Numbered from the stretch's first letter, positions 28,428 to 38,919 are shown. The stretch is DNA of 64,000 bases from Gammaproteobacteria bacterium (GCA_965229495.1 OZ245880.1:518603-582602), one strand, 5' to 3'. Program-made: numbers and translations. Notes: generated by a model not told the origin, from the letters alone.

Positions 28428-28841
28428 ATGATACCAATTCATACGCACATACTGCTTGCAATCTCAGTCGCCCTCTTCGGGATAATAATGAATTTTGTGT
28501 TTAAACTAGGTGGAGGGGAAGATGATTCGGACAAGATTACAATTAATCTTAGCTTAGTTTCAAAAGCAAAGTTGATAATTTCTATCTTAATGCTGCTGAT
28601 TATAAGCATATCTATATGGCTACTATCAAACCATGTTGTATCGCACCTATTTCATGTTGCAGCATATATCTTTGATGAAGTTAATCTTCTTAATGCTGTT
28701 TTAGGGAGTGATGAACAGAGGCGTAGCATATTTACTTGGGGTTTTGTAGGTGATATTTTTAGTTCTATATGGCTAATTACTATATGCTTCGTCACCATGC
28801 GTATGGCATCAATTGCGTTTGAGTTGTCGGTTATTAGGTAA
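28428..28841 (+). CDS. hypothetical small multi-pass membrane protein (AT-rich islet)
   Basis: 137 aa with three hydrophobic helices. It starts 3 nt after the preceding ORF's stop, so it is probably co-transcribed. Confidence 0.4.
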   Translation: MIPIHTHILLAISVALFGIIMNFVFKLGGGEDDSDKITINLSLVSKAKLIISILMLLIISISIWLLSNHVVSHLFHVAAYIFDEVNLLNAVLGSDEQRRSIFTWGFVGDIFSSIWLITICFVTMRMASIAFELSVIR

Positions 28842-29132
28842 CTGCTTATATTGATCGACTGCTGCATGTGCCGTGTAGCATAGCTGTTAGCTATGTCTAT
28901 TTTGCCAGTAGTGCTCTGTAAAGCACATCAATTAATACTATTTTTGCTTGTGTTATTTTCATTTACACCTATTGAGATCTTGGCATATCATCTGTTAAAT
29001 ATTTGATTTAACTGCGCTCTTAAAGTTGTTCTAATTTACTGAATTCGGCAACATAAGCTGCTTTATGAAAGATTTCCATCAACTATTTTATGTGATTATT
29101 TTTCAATAACTGGTCACTGTAGGGAGCACAAT

Positions 29133-29630
29133 ATGAACCAAGTAACCCTCAAAGGTAACCCTATAAACCTTAGCGGTAGCCTACCCCAAGTAGGCGAGCA
29201 ATTGCCGAGTGTTGATAATCTCGTGAAAGCCGACTTGAGTTCTGTGAGCTTGAGCTCGTATTACGGCTCGCCTTTGGTCTTGAATATCTTTCCCAGTATT
29301 GACACTGGCACTTGCGCGCAATCAGTGCGCACTTTCAACCAACAAGCTGCCGTCTCTGACGTGCAAATATTGTGCTTATCGCATGATTTACCCTTTGCGC
29401 TCAGTCGCTTTTGCGGCGCCGAAGACATAGACAAAGTCGAAGCACTTTCCGCCTTTCGCTCCAACTTAGGAGCAGCTCTAGGCTTGAGCATGACCGATGG
29501 CCCATTGCAAGGCTTACTAGCGCGCGCGGTGCTGGTATTATCCGCCAGCGGCAAATTACGTTATCTTGAGCTGGTTCCAGAGATAACTCAAGAACCTGAC
29601 TACGAAGCCGCGCTCGCGGCTCTCAAGTAG
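29133..29630 (+). CDS. tpx: thiol peroxidase (atypical 2-Cys peroxiredoxin)
   Basis: 165 aa aligning closely with E. coli Tpx (NIFPSIDTGTCA...LPFALSRFCGAE...EPDYEAALAALK). Confidence 0.9.
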   Translation: MNQVTLKGNPINLSGSLPQVGEQLPSVDNLVKADLSSVSLSSYYGSPLVLNIFPSIDTGTCAQSVRTFNQQAAVSDVQILCLSHDLPFALSRFCGAEDIDKVEALSAFRSNLGAALGLSMTDGPLQGLLARAVLVLSASGKLRYLELVPEITQEPDYEAALAALK

Positions 29631-29890
29631 CAGCAAAAAGCAGAAACTGGCACCATCGAATTCGAATCGGTGGGATGGGTTTGCCGAATTGTCTTAGGCT
29701 GAATATTTTCGTGTGAGTGCCTTCTGAGAAAACATGGTTATATTAGGAGCACGGTTACTAAGCTATGTAGCATCTTCAGAGGGCTCATCGGTCTTCTTTT
29801 ACCCTACGACACTGTCGGCTAGCCGCTATGATGTTTGTCTAGAGCAGCTTAATGCTTGATATAGTCCGTACCACAATAACAGCATAGAAA

Positions 29891-32554
29891 ATGCACTATA
29901 TCCTCGTCGACGCTTCGGGTTATCTGTTCCGCGCTTATCACGCTTTGCCGCCGCTGACCACTAAAGCTGGGCACCCCACTGGCGCTACTCGCGGGATGGC
30001 GACGATGCTGCTGTTGCTACTTGAGCAGCACCCCGAGAGCCAGATCGTCATGGTCTTCGACGCCAAGGGCAATAGCTTTCGCAGCGAGCTTTATCCGGAA
30101 TATAAAGCCCAGCGCCCGCCGATGCCCGACGATATGCGCGCGCAGATTTACGACGTCCACGAGCTGGTACGCGCGCTCGGTTTCCCGCTGCTGGCAATTG
30201 AAGGCGTTGAGGCCGACGACACCATCGCCACCCTGGCGCGCCAGCTCAGAGCCACCGATACCGACGTCTTGATCATCTCGGGCGATAAAGACTTGACTCA
30301 ATTGGTCGGCGGGCGTGTGCAAATGCACGATAGCCTCGGCGGCAAACAATACGATCGAGAGGCGGTAACCGCCAAGTTCGGTGTGCCGCCCGAGCTTATC
30401 GCCGATTACTTGGCGCTAGTAGGCGACAAAGCCGATAACGTCCCGGGAGTACCCAAGGTCGGCCCCAAAACCGCCGTCAAGTGGTTGCAGCAGTATGGTG
30501 ACTTGGAGGGTATCGTCGCGCACCAAGACGATATCGGCGGCAACGTCGGCAACCAATTGCGCGTGCACTTGGAGCAGTTGCGCCTGAGCCGACAATTGGT
30601 CGATTTGCGCTACGACGTCGCCGTTCCCGCTCTCGAAGAGTTACGGATGCAGCCGCGCGCCACCGAGCAGTTGCGCGAGCTCTTTACTCGGCTAGAGTTC
30701 AATTCGCTGCTGGTGCGACTGGATACCGAGCCGACGCCAGCCGCGACCGCACCCGAAGTCGACTACAGCCTCGTGCTGCAAGCCGATCACTTGCAGCAAG
30801 TGCTGGATCAATTGCGCGCCAGCGAGCGCATCGTGCTCGACCTGGAAACCGATAGTTTGGATTCGATGCGCGCACGCATCGTCGGCGTCGCCCTATCGAT
30901 AGCCGCGCACCAAGGCTGGTACATCCCGCTCGGCCATACTTATCCGGATTGCCCGCAGCAGCTCGACCTCGAAGCCATCTTGCGCGCGCTCAAAGCCATA
31001 ATGCACGATAGCTCAAAGACCATAATCTTCCAAAACGCCAAATACGATCTGCACGTGCTGGCGAACCACGGCATCGACGTGCGCGCGGTCATTGCCGACA
31101 CCATGCTCGCCTCTTACGTACTCGACTCCACGCAAAAGCACGACTTCGACTCGCTGGCTCTGCACGAGCTCAACCGGCAAACGATCAAATTTAGCGAGGT
31201 TGCGGGCAAAGGCGCGGATGCTAACTTCGCCGCAGTCGAGCTAGAAGCCGCGCTGGCTTACGCTTGTGAAGACGCCGACCTCACCGGCCAGCTCGAAGCG
31301 CTATTTCAGCCACGGCTGCAAGCCGAGCCCGCGCTCGACTCGGTTTACCAGAATATCGAGCTACCCTTGGTGCGGGTGCTCCTCGCGCTCGAGCGCAATG
31401 GCGCTTACGTCGATAGCGACTTACTCGAGCAGCAGGGCATGCGCTTGCGCGCTGAGCTGACGATGCTTGAGCAGGAGATTTATCAGCAAGCCGGCAGCAG
31501 TTTCAACCTGAACTCACCGAAGCAGCTACAAGTAGTACTCTACGACCAGTTGCAACTGCCGGTGCTCAAGAAAACCGCCAAGGGCGACCGCTCGACCAAC
31601 GAATTCGCGCTGCAAGACTTGGCGCGCCTGCATCCCCTGCCCAAGCTGATCCTGCGCTATCGCGGCCTCGCCAAGCTGCTCAATACCTACATAGATAAGC
31701 TGCCCGAGCAGATCAACCCCAACACTGGCCGAGTCCACGGCAGTCTGCACCAAGCCGTCGCTAGCACCGGCCGGCTTTCCTCCAGCGACCCTAATTTACA
31801 AAACATCCCCATCCGCAACCGCGCTGGTCGCGACATTCGTAAAGCCTTCAGCGCCTCTGCTGGCAAGGTCATCCTCTCTTGCGATTATTCGCAAGTAGAG
31901 CTGCGCATCATGGCGCACTTGAGCCAGGATGTGGGTCTCATTAGCGCCTTCCAACAAGACAAAGATATCCACCAAGCCACCGCCAGCGAAGTATTTGGCA
32001 CGCCTTTAGATGAAGTCAGCTCCGAGCAGCGACGGCGCTCGAAGGCCATCAACTTCGGTCTCATCTACGGCATGGGCGCCTTCGGCTTGAGCAAGCAGCT
32101 CAACATCAGCCGCGACGAGGCCGCCGACTACATCCAGCTTTACTTCGAGCGTTACCCAGGCGTACAGCGCTTCATGCAGCAAACTCGGGCGCAAGCGCAC
32201 GAGCTTGGTTACGTTGAAACCATCTGCGGGCGTCGGCTATACCTCGCCGAGATTAACTCCAGCAACGGTCAGCGCCGCGCCGCCGCCGAGCGCATGGCGA
32301 TCAACGCGCCCATGCAAGGCAGCGCCGCCGACATCATCAAGCTCGCCATGATCAACATCCAAGCCTTTATGGGCGAATTCCCGGGCGCGCTCATGGTCTT
32401 GCAAGTGCACGACGAACTGGTCTTTGAAGTGCCCGAGACTCTGCTTGAGCCATTCCAGCGGCGTGTAATCGCCGCCATGAGCTTGGCGCAAGAGCTCTCT
32501 GTGCCACTCAAAGTCGACACTGGCGTCGGACCCAATTGGGACGAGGCGCATTAG
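29891..32554 (+). CDS. polA: DNA polymerase I
   Basis: 887 aa with 5'-3' exonuclease, 3'-5' exonuclease and polymerase motifs A, B and C (DYSQVELRIMAHLS..., QVHDELVFE). Confidence 0.95.
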   Translation: MHYILVDASGYLFRAYHALPPLTTKAGHPTGATRGMATMLLLLLEQHPESQIVMVFDAKGNSFRSELYPEYKAQRPPMPDDMRAQIYDVHELVRALGFPLLAIEGVEADDTIATLARQLRATDTDVLIISGDKDLTQLVGGRVQMHDSLGGKQYDREAVTAKFGVPPELIADYLALVGDKADNVPGVPKVGPKTAVKWLQQYGDLEGIVAHQDDIGGNVGNQLRVHLEQLRLSRQLVDLRYDVAVPALEELRMQPRATEQLRELFTRLEFNSLLVRLDTEPTPAATAPEVDYSLVLQADHLQQVLDQLRASERIVLDLETDSLDSMRARIVGVALSIAAHQGWYIPLGHTYPDCPQQLDLEAILRALKAIMHDSSKTIIFQNAKYDLHVLANHGIDVRAVIADTMLASYVLDSTQKHDFDSLALHELNRQTIKFSEVAGKGADANFAAVELEAALAYACEDADLTGQLEALFQPRLQAEPALDSVYQNIELPLVRVLLALERNGAYVDSDLLEQQGMRLRAELTMLEQEIYQQAGSSFNLNSPKQLQVVLYDQLQLPVLKKTAKGDRSTNEFALQDLARLHPLPKLILRYRGLAKLLNTYIDKLPEQINPNTGRVHGSLHQAVASTGRLSSSDPNLQNIPIRNRAGRDIRKAFSASAGKVILSCDYSQVELRIMAHLSQDVGLISAFQQDKDIHQATASEVFGTPLDEVSSEQRRRSKAINFGLIYGMGAFGLSKQLNISRDEAADYIQLYFERYPGVQRFMQQTRAQAHELGYVETICGRRLYLAEINSSNGQRRAAAERMAINAPMQGSAADIIKLAMINIQAFMGEFPGALMVLQVHDELVFEVPETLLEPFQRRVIAAMSLAQELSVPLKVDTGVGPNWDEAH

Positions 32555-32600
32555 GGGTGCTAGCGCTCTACAATCAGCACGCTTGTAACTAACAGAATTC

Positions 32601-33071
32601 TTGATGCAGTACCTCTACAGATACACGGGCATCGCCTTGCTCTGCGCTCTAGCGCTGTTATTTCAGGTCAATAGCGGTGCCAGCGTTTTCTACCTGACGC
32701 CAGACCTGGTGTTGCTATTGCTGTTTTATCAACTCAGCTACGGCGACGAGCATTTCCGAGTTTTGGCGGCGTGGGTGTTGGGCTTGTTCGTAGACGTATG
32801 GACTAATTCTTACTTGGGCCTAAGCGCCTTCGTTTTTGCTTTCATCGCCTTTCTTTGGCAGTGGTCTTGGGGACGGTTGACAAACTTATCGTCCTTGACC
32901 CAAGGCTTGATTATCGGCGTAGTCGTCGGTGGCTACCGTGTGTTGCGGACTTTTTACTCGGGCTTCACGCCCGAATTTGATTGGTTTTGGCTGCTTTGCA
33001 CCGCTGGCGGCGTTATCGTCCACATCGCGCTCTGGGCGCTGATCAGCTGGCCGAAGCGCTTGCGCTTGTAA
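32601..33071 (+). CDS. MreD-like rod-shape membrane protein (stand-alone)
   Basis: 156-aa polytopic membrane protein whose hydrophobic segment pattern (PDLVLLLLFYQ...LGLFVDVW...) resembles MreD. No mreB or mreC is adjacent. Confidence 0.4.
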   Translation: MMQYLYRYTGIALLCALALLFQVNSGASVFYLTPDLVLLLLFYQLSYGDEHFRVLAAWVLGLFVDVWTNSYLGLSAFVFAFIAFLWQWSWGRLTNLSSLTQGLIIGVVVGGYRVLRTFYSGFTPEFDWFWLLCTAGGVIVHIALWALISWPKRLRL

Positions 33072-33094
33072 TTGGTCTAATCTAAAGTCAGTTG

Positions 33095-34423
33095 TTAAGC
33101 GTCTTCCAGCAGTTCGTAAAAAACGCTCAATTGTTCCAGGTCGATTTGGCCGCTGGTGTTGAGGAGGTCGAAGTAGTTGCGCAAATAGCTGTAGACGCTT
33201 TGATTGAAGGAGTTCGCGGCTTGCTGGAGTTCGTTCTCGGCGTCGAGTATTTGGTTGATGTCGCCGACGCCGTTGGCGTAGGATATTTTGCTGGAGTTTA
33301 GCTGCTCCTCAGCCGAGTCGCGACTGCGCGCGCGCGCGGCGATGACTTGCGTTTGCGCTCTCAGCACTTGCACTAGCTGGTCGATATTGATATCTATTAG
33401 CTGCTGCTGCGCCTCTAAGCTGCGCTCCAATTCGCGCACTTCGGCGAGGGATCGAGCAATATCGGCGGCGCGTTTGCCGCTATCGTGCAAGCTATAGCTG
33501 AAGCTGATGCCGACGCTGGCGCTGCTGCTCTCTTGAAATTCGCTATCCTGGTAATTCATGCCTGGGTCAAGCCGAGCAAAAGCCGACAAGCTCGGGGCGT
33601 AGCTTTTCTCCACCAGCCGCGCGCTCTCGCGCGCGCTATTTAAGCTCTGCTGCAAAACCAGCAATTCGATATTGGCGCCGCGGCTGATGTTGCGCCAAAA
33701 GCCGGAATCGGCATTGCTGAGCTTGGGGAGCTCGGCGTCGGCGCGGAGCGCGCGCAAACGCTCAAGCGAGCTGCCGGTGAGCTGCTCCATAGCCAGGTAG
33801 TTTGCTGCCAAGTCGGCTTCTAATTCCAATAGCTGGGCTTCAGCGACGGCGAGGTCGGCTTCGATTTGTATCAAGTCAAGCCTATTACCAACTCCGTTGT
33901 CTAGCCTGATCTGGGTGTCGAGTTCACGGCTGCGTAGCGCTTCCAGCAGGCTTTGCTGGAGGCTGATGCTGTCGTGCAGCTCCAGGATCGACAGATAGTA
34001 TTTGAAGACGCTATCGATGACTGCCAAGCGCTCCTGCTGGCGTTCGAGCTTGGCTTTGGCGAGCTCGCTGCCATCAAGGCTTAGCTGCTGCAAGATGGCG
34101 GCGGTGTAGAGCGGGTAGGTCGCGCTCAGCGAGCCGCTAAAGGGCCAGACGTCGTTCGATTGCACGCTCGAGCTCGCGTTATCGTAATTGCGGTTATGGC
34201 TGAAAGCGCCGCTGGCGCTGAGCGTTACTTGGGTTTTCAGTTGGCTCTCGTTGAAGGCGACGCTGAGTTCGCGCGCTTGGATACGCTCCTCAAGAGCGCG
34301 CACCGAGTAGCTGTTGTCGAGCCCTAAGGTTATAGCTTGGCGGAGGTCGACGCTGTCTGCGGCGAGGGCTGAGGGCGCGAGGGCGCCAGCGACGAGTAAT
34401 AATCTGAGTAGGTGGGTGGGCAT
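33095..34423 (-). CDS. TolC-family outer-membrane efflux channel
   Basis: 442 aa with a signal peptide and duplicated OEP repeats carrying coiled-coil heptads. Confidence 0.8.
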   Translation of the reverse strand: MPTHLLRLLLVAGALAPSALAADSVDLRQAITLGLDNSYSVRALEERIQARELSVAFNESQLKTQVTLSASGAFSHNRNYDNASSSVQSNDVWPFSGSLSATYPLYTAAILQQLSLDGSELAKAKLERQQERLAVIDSVFKYYLSILELHDSISLQQSLLEALRSRELDTQIRLDNGVGNRLDLIQIEADLAVAEAQLLELEADLAANYLAMEQLTGSSLERLRALRADAELPKLSNADSGFWRNISRGANIELLVLQQSLNSARESARLVEKSYAPSLSAFARLDPGMNYQDSEFQESSSASVGISFSYSLHDSGKRAADIARSLAEVRELERSLEAQQQLIDINIDQLVQVLRAQTQVIAARARSRDSAEEQLNSSKISYANGVGDINQILDAENELQQAANSFNQSVYSYLRNYFDLLNTSGQIDLEQLSVFYELLEDA

Positions 34424-34525
34424 AGTATAAGTTTAAGTAAAATCGCTCGGGCTCTGCGCAGGTGTGCTTCTCATTTTGCCGAGTACAACTCGGCGTTCCG
34501 TCCGTCTCGTCAATTCTAACGACTA

Positions 34526-36424
34526 ATGCAATTTTTTTCGGAAATACCTCAAGAAAGGCCGCGCACCGAGCTCTTGGATAGCGTGCACTCGCCGAGCGAT
34601 TTACGCGCGCTTACCGCCGATCAATTAGCGCCGCTGGCAGACGAACTCCGCGCCTTTTTGATGTATACGGTGGGGCAATGCGGCGGCCATTTTGGCGCTG
34701 GCTTGGGCGTGGTCGAGCTCACCATCGCTCTGCATTATGTTTTCCAAACGCCTTACGACCGCTTGGTGTGGGACGTCGGCCATCAATGCTACCCGCATAA
34801 AATTCTCACTGGGCGCGCCCAGCAGTTGCAGAGCATCCGTCAGCAAGGCGGTCTAGCACCGTTTCCCAGCCGCTCGGAGAGCAACTACGACCACTTTGGC
34901 GTCGGCCATTCCAGCACATCCATCTCCGCTGCCCTCGGCATGAATCTCGCCGACCGCGTGCAGGGCATTAGCGATAGGCACACTGTGGCGATTATCGGCG
35001 ATGGCGCCATGACCGCCGGCATGGCATTCGAAGCGCTCAACCACGCTGGCGACGTGCGCAGCGGTATGCTGATAGTGCTCAACGATAACAATATGTCGAT
35101 CTCCGCTAATGTCGGCGCGCTGTCGAATTATTTTGCCCGCCTGTTTTCTGGCTACGCTTACACCAATATGCGCGCGGTGGTGAAGAAGGTGCTCGGCAAA
35201 ACGCCCTTGCTGATGGATATCAGCAAGCGCACCGAGGAGCATATCAAAGGCATGATGGCGCCACCGAGTAGCTTATTCGAGGCTTTTGGCTGCAACTACA
35301 TCGGTCCAGTGGACGGCCATCATCTGCCGACTCTGATCGCTACTCTCGATAATTTGAAGTACGCCCCAGGCTTGAATTTGCTGCACGTCAAGACCGTAAA
35401 AGGCAAAGGCTTGGTAGCCGCCGAGCAAGACCCCATCGGCTACCACGCGCTGGCGAAACTACCGAGCGCCGAGGAGCGCGATAAGCCTCCGAGCGCCAAA
35501 TCGATCAAGTATTCCAATATTTTCGGCGATTGGTTGCTGGCTACGGCTGAGCAGGACGCGCAATTGGTGGGCATCACTCCGGCGATGCGCGAGGGCTCGG
35601 ACTTGATCAAATTCTCCGAAGCTTTTCCCGAGCGCTACTTCGACGTCGGCATCGCCGAGCAGCATAGTCTTACCTTGGCAGCGGGGATGGCGTGTAATGG
35701 CGTCAAACCGGTGGTCGCCATTTACTCGACTTTTCTGCAGCGCGGTTACGACCAGTTAATCCATGATATTTGTCTGCAAGAGCTCGACGTTACCCTCGCC
35801 ATAGACCGCGCTGGCTTGGTCGGCGAAGACGGCGCTACGCACAACGGCAGCTACGATTTGAGCTATCTGCGACCACTGCCGAATATGCTGATCATGGTGC
35901 CGACCAATGGCGCCGAGTGTCGTTCGATGCTCGATTTCGCTTATCAGCACGCTGGAGTTGCAGCCGTGCGCTACCCGCGCGGCAGTGCCCACGCTTGCGA
36001 TTATCAATTGGCGCCGCTGGCTCTGGGGCGTGGACAGCTTTTGCGCCGTAATGCAACTGGCGAGCGCGCGGTGGCATTGCTGGCCTTTGGTGTGATCTTG
36101 AATGAGCTATTTGCTATCGCCGAGGAATTCGATTGCACCCTGGTGAATATGCGCTTTGTCAAACCTTTGGATTTGGAATTGCTGCAGGAGTTGACCGAGA
36201 GCCATAGCCTGCTGATTACGGTCGAGGATAACTGCGTCGCCGGCGGGGCTGGGAGCGCGGTCAACGAAGCTCTGGCTGGGCACTCGAAGCCCGTGCTCAA
36301 TTTGGGACTGCCCGATAAAGTGATAGAGCACGCCAGCCGCGAGCAGATGCTGGCGCAAGCGGGATTGGATAGTGCGGGATTGCGCGCTAGTGTTGCTGAG
36401 GCTATCGCAGGTTTGGATTCTTAG
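34526..36424 (+). CDS. dxs: 1-deoxy-D-xylulose-5-phosphate synthase
   Basis: 632 aa with the Dxs N-terminus (LDSVHSPSDLR...) and transketolase-like ThDP motif (GDGAMTAGMAFEALN). Confidence 0.9.
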   Translation: MQFFSEIPQERPRTELLDSVHSPSDLRALTADQLAPLADELRAFLMYTVGQCGGHFGAGLGVVELTIALHYVFQTPYDRLVWDVGHQCYPHKILTGRAQQLQSIRQQGGLAPFPSRSESNYDHFGVGHSSTSISAALGMNLADRVQGISDRHTVAIIGDGAMTAGMAFEALNHAGDVRSGMLIVLNDNNMSISANVGALSNYFARLFSGYAYTNMRAVVKKVLGKTPLLMDISKRTEEHIKGMMAPPSSLFEAFGCNYIGPVDGHHLPTLIATLDNLKYAPGLNLLHVKTVKGKGLVAAEQDPIGYHALAKLPSAEERDKPPSAKSIKYSNIFGDWLLATAEQDAQLVGITPAMREGSDLIKFSEAFPERYFDVGIAEQHSLTLAAGMACNGVKPVVAIYSTFLQRGYDQLIHDICLQELDVTLAIDRAGLVGEDGATHNGSYDLSYLRPLPNMLIMVPTNGAECRSMLDFAYQHAGVAAVRYPRGSAHACDYQLAPLALGRGQLLRRNATGERAVALLAFGVILNELFAIAEEFDCTLVNMRFVKPLDLELLQELTESHSLLITVEDNCVAGGAGSAVNEALAGHSKPVLNLGLPDKVIEHASREQMLAQAGLDSAGLRASVAEAIAGLDS

Positions 36425-37263
36425 CGTAGCAGATTTGGGCGATATTTGATTTTGCTGCGAGCTTCGGGGTGTAAATGGCGATTGAGGCGCTTATTCACCA
36501 AGCCTAAGATCGCGATGATCAGCAGAGTTATGGCGATGAAATAGGCGGCGATGATAGGATAGGGCACAAAGGGGTTGAAGGTTTTTTCGGCGAGATAATT
36601 GGCGTAATAAAAAGCGTCGCCTTCTTGGCGCCAAGCCGGAAAGCTGGAGAAGAAAACCAGCGTGGTGGCGTGGAAGAGGAAGATAGCTTCGTTGGTGTAA
36701 GAAGGCCAGCTCAGCCTCAGCATAGTCGGCCATTGGACCTTGCGAAAGGCTTGCCAGTAACCCATGCCGTAGGCTAGGGCGGTCTCAGTGTCGGCTCGGG
36801 GCACGGTGGTGTAAGCGCCGTAAAAGATTTGCGCGCTGTAGGCCGAGGTATTGAGGAATAGCACCACCAGGGCGCCGAATGCCGCACGGCTGAGCATACG
36901 CGAATTTTCGCTTACCTGCAGCAAGCCGAAATCGATGGCGAAATCGAGCTTGGGCAACAGCACAAAGAGCTCGTAAGCAAAGAAAAACTGGATGAATAGG
37001 GGCGTGCCGCGGAAGATCAGCACAAACCAAGATGCTGGCGAACGTAAATACTTCCTCGGGCTCGCCAGTGCTAAAGCCAGCAAAGTGGCAACGCAAAAAC
37101 CAGCGATAACTGCGAGCACGGCGAAATAAACATTCCAGATCATGCCGCCGCCAATCAGAGCTAGCTGATCGCAAAAGCTGATATCGCTTTGTGGCAGCGC
37201 CCGCAGGCCGTAACCTAGCGAGCGCAGACCATAATCGCTAAAGCTTTGCAGGCAATCACTCAT
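36421..37263 (-). CDS. polar amino-acid ABC transporter permease (HisM/ArtM-like), with no adjacent SBP or ATPase
   Basis: 280-aa membrane protein with permease-type TM segments and a YTNEAIFLF segment in the position of the conserved cytoplasmic-loop motif. Confidence 0.65.
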   Translation of the reverse strand: MSDCLQSFSDYGLRSLGYGLRALPQSDISFCDQLALIGGGMIWNVYFAVLAVIAGFCVATLLALALASPRKYLRSPASWFVLIFRGTPLFIQFFFAYELFVLLPKLDFAIDFGLLQVSENSRMLSRAAFGALVVLFLNTSAYSAQIFYGAYTTVPRADTETALAYGMGYWQAFRKVQWPTMLRLSWPSYTNEAIFLFHATTLVFFSSFPAWRQEGDAFYYANYLAEKTFNPFVPYPIIAAYFIAITLLIIAILGLVNKRLNRHLHPEARSKIKYRPNLLR

Positions 37264-37267
37264 ATGG

Positions 37268-38290
37268 TTAGCGCGCGATCAGCTCGCGCACCAGTTGTTT
37301 AGTCGCCTGATAATCGTCGAGGTGAAAGATGGCGTTGTGGGCGTGGATGTAGCGTGTGGGTACGGCAATCACCACCAGTGGTGCTTTGAGCTTGTATTGC
37401 AGGGCGCCGGCGTCGGTGCCTCCGCTACGACGCACGGCGAGCTGATGAGGTACGCCGACTTCCTTAGCCACCTCAATGGTGCGATCTATCAAAGCTTTAT
37501 TAGCGGTAAAACCTGGATCGTAAAGGCGAATCTGTGGTCCTGCTTGTAAGCGGCATTGGCGCTGGTCGGGCGGCACCGAGGGATGGTCGTCGGCGGGCGC
37601 GGCTTCGAGAATTATGCCCATAGCGAATTCTGTCGTTCCCGAATAGGCTTGGGCACCGCGCGCGCCCATCTCCTCTTGAGCCGAGAAGAAAGCGTAGGGT
37701 TTGCTCGCGGTCAGGGCGTCGTCGTTCATTAGCTCCAGAGCTAGAGCTACCCCTAACCTGTTGTCGAAGGCTTTACCGACGAAGAGCTTATCGTTAGCGA
37801 GCGCGGTGAAGGCACTATCGGGAACGATGCTATCGCCGACTCGTACTCCCGATTCAGCGACCTCCCCAGCGTCAGCAGCGCCAATATCGATGCAAATAGC
37901 TTCCAGCTGCGGCGACGTTTTGTTGCCACGATTGTGGTGCGGGGGCAGGTACGCAGTTACCCCAATAATCTCCTCGCCGCTCTGGGTTATCACCCGCCAG
38001 CGCTGATTACATATGATCTCGGCTTGCCAACCACCCAATGGCGCTAAGCGCAAAAAGCCATCGTAGCTGATAGCTTGCACCATCAACCCAACCTCGTCCA
38101 TGTGCGCGCTCAGTAGCACCCGCGCGCCTGTTGGCGTGGCTGGCTCGCAGTAAAGATTGCCGAAGCTATCGCCACGACAATCGTAGTCTGTTAGTTGCGA
38201 TTGAATAAAAGCGCTCACGTTGGCCTCGTGCCCCGAGGCTCCAGCAATCTCGCTCAAGCCTTCGATTAGGCTTAGACTGGAATTCGTCAT
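37268..38290 (-). CDS. M42-family metallo-aminopeptidase (FrvX/YpdE-like)
   Basis: 340 aa with M42 metal-binding pattern (HMDEVG...DNRLG...EEMG...). Confidence 0.75.
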   Translation of the reverse strand: MTNSSLSLIEGLSEIAGASGHEANVSAFIQSQLTDYDCRGDSFGNLYCEPATPTGARVLLSAHMDEVGLMVQAISYDGFLRLAPLGGWQAEIICNQRWRVITQSGEEIIGVTAYLPPHHNRGNKTSPQLEAICIDIGAADAGEVAESGVRVGDSIVPDSAFTALANDKLFVGKAFDNRLGVALALELMNDDALTASKPYAFFSAQEEMGARGAQAYSGTTEFAMGIILEAAPADDHPSVPPDQRQCRLQAGPQIRLYDPGFTANKALIDRTIEVAKEVGVPHQLAVRRSGGTDAGALQYKLKAPLVVIAVPTRYIHAHNAIFHLDDYQATKQLVRELIAR

Positions 38291-38467
38291 TATTTGCTCT
38301 TGTTATTAGTGCATAGTGATCGACCCATGCGGGCAATAGAACTAATTGTAGCTAGCCTCGCGCGGTTATTGGTAATGCTATTGGCTGAGGCCTAGTGTGA
38401 GCGGATAATGCGGGGCACTTTTAGGTTGATCGCCATGATAGATTCTGATAATTATGAGTAAAATATA

Positions 38468-38500
38468 GCGCATTAATGTGGTTAATGGCTTATAATGCGC
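38468..38500. promoter_or_regulatory. perfect 8-bp inverted repeat GCGCATTA-N17-TAATGCGC overlapping a TATAAT -10-like hexamer just upstream of, or within the 5' end of, hipB
   Basis: Read directly from the sequence at 38468-38475 and 38493-38500, with TATAAT at 38491-38496. Its position fits a HipB autoregulatory operator. Confidence 0.35.
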
Positions 38501-38919
38501 TAAATATGTCTCTATCAAGATTGGATCTTAATCTACTTTCCAGCGCGATGATCGTGGCCTCTTTGGGGCGCGAGCTGGAGACCGTGCGGCTGCAACATAA
38601 TATCAGTCAAGCCGAATTGGCGCGCGAAGCAGGTGTATCGCGCCGCACCATCACGCGCATGGCTGAGGGTAAAGCAATATCGCTGGATTCCTTTGTGCGC
38701 GTGCTCAAGGCGCTAAAACTGGTGGATAACCTGGCAGTGCTCCTGCCTGATACCAGCGTGTCTCCCGTGGAAATGGTAGCTCGCGCCAATGAACGCAGCC
38801 ACCCATATTTAGTTACCAGCAACCCTGCGAGCATGACGGCTGGTGTTAATGGCAAAAAGCGTCGCGTGCGGCGCAAGACTAAGGTAGCCAATAAACCCTG
38901 GTCCTGGGGTGATGAATGA
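38476..38919 (+). CDS. hipB: HipB-like XRE-family HTH antitoxin (extended C-terminus)
   Basis: HTH segment LQHNISQAELAREAGVSRRTITRMAEG. Its stop overlaps the hipA start (ATGA). The true start may be the ATG at 38506 (MSLSRLDLN...). Confidence 0.65.
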   Translation: MWLMAYNALNMSLSRLDLNLLSSAMIVASLGRELETVRLQHNISQAELAREAGVSRRTITRMAEGKAISLDSFVRVLKALKLVDNLAVLLPDTSVSPVEMVARANERSHPYLVTSNPASMTAGVNGKKRRVRRKTKVANKPWSWGDE

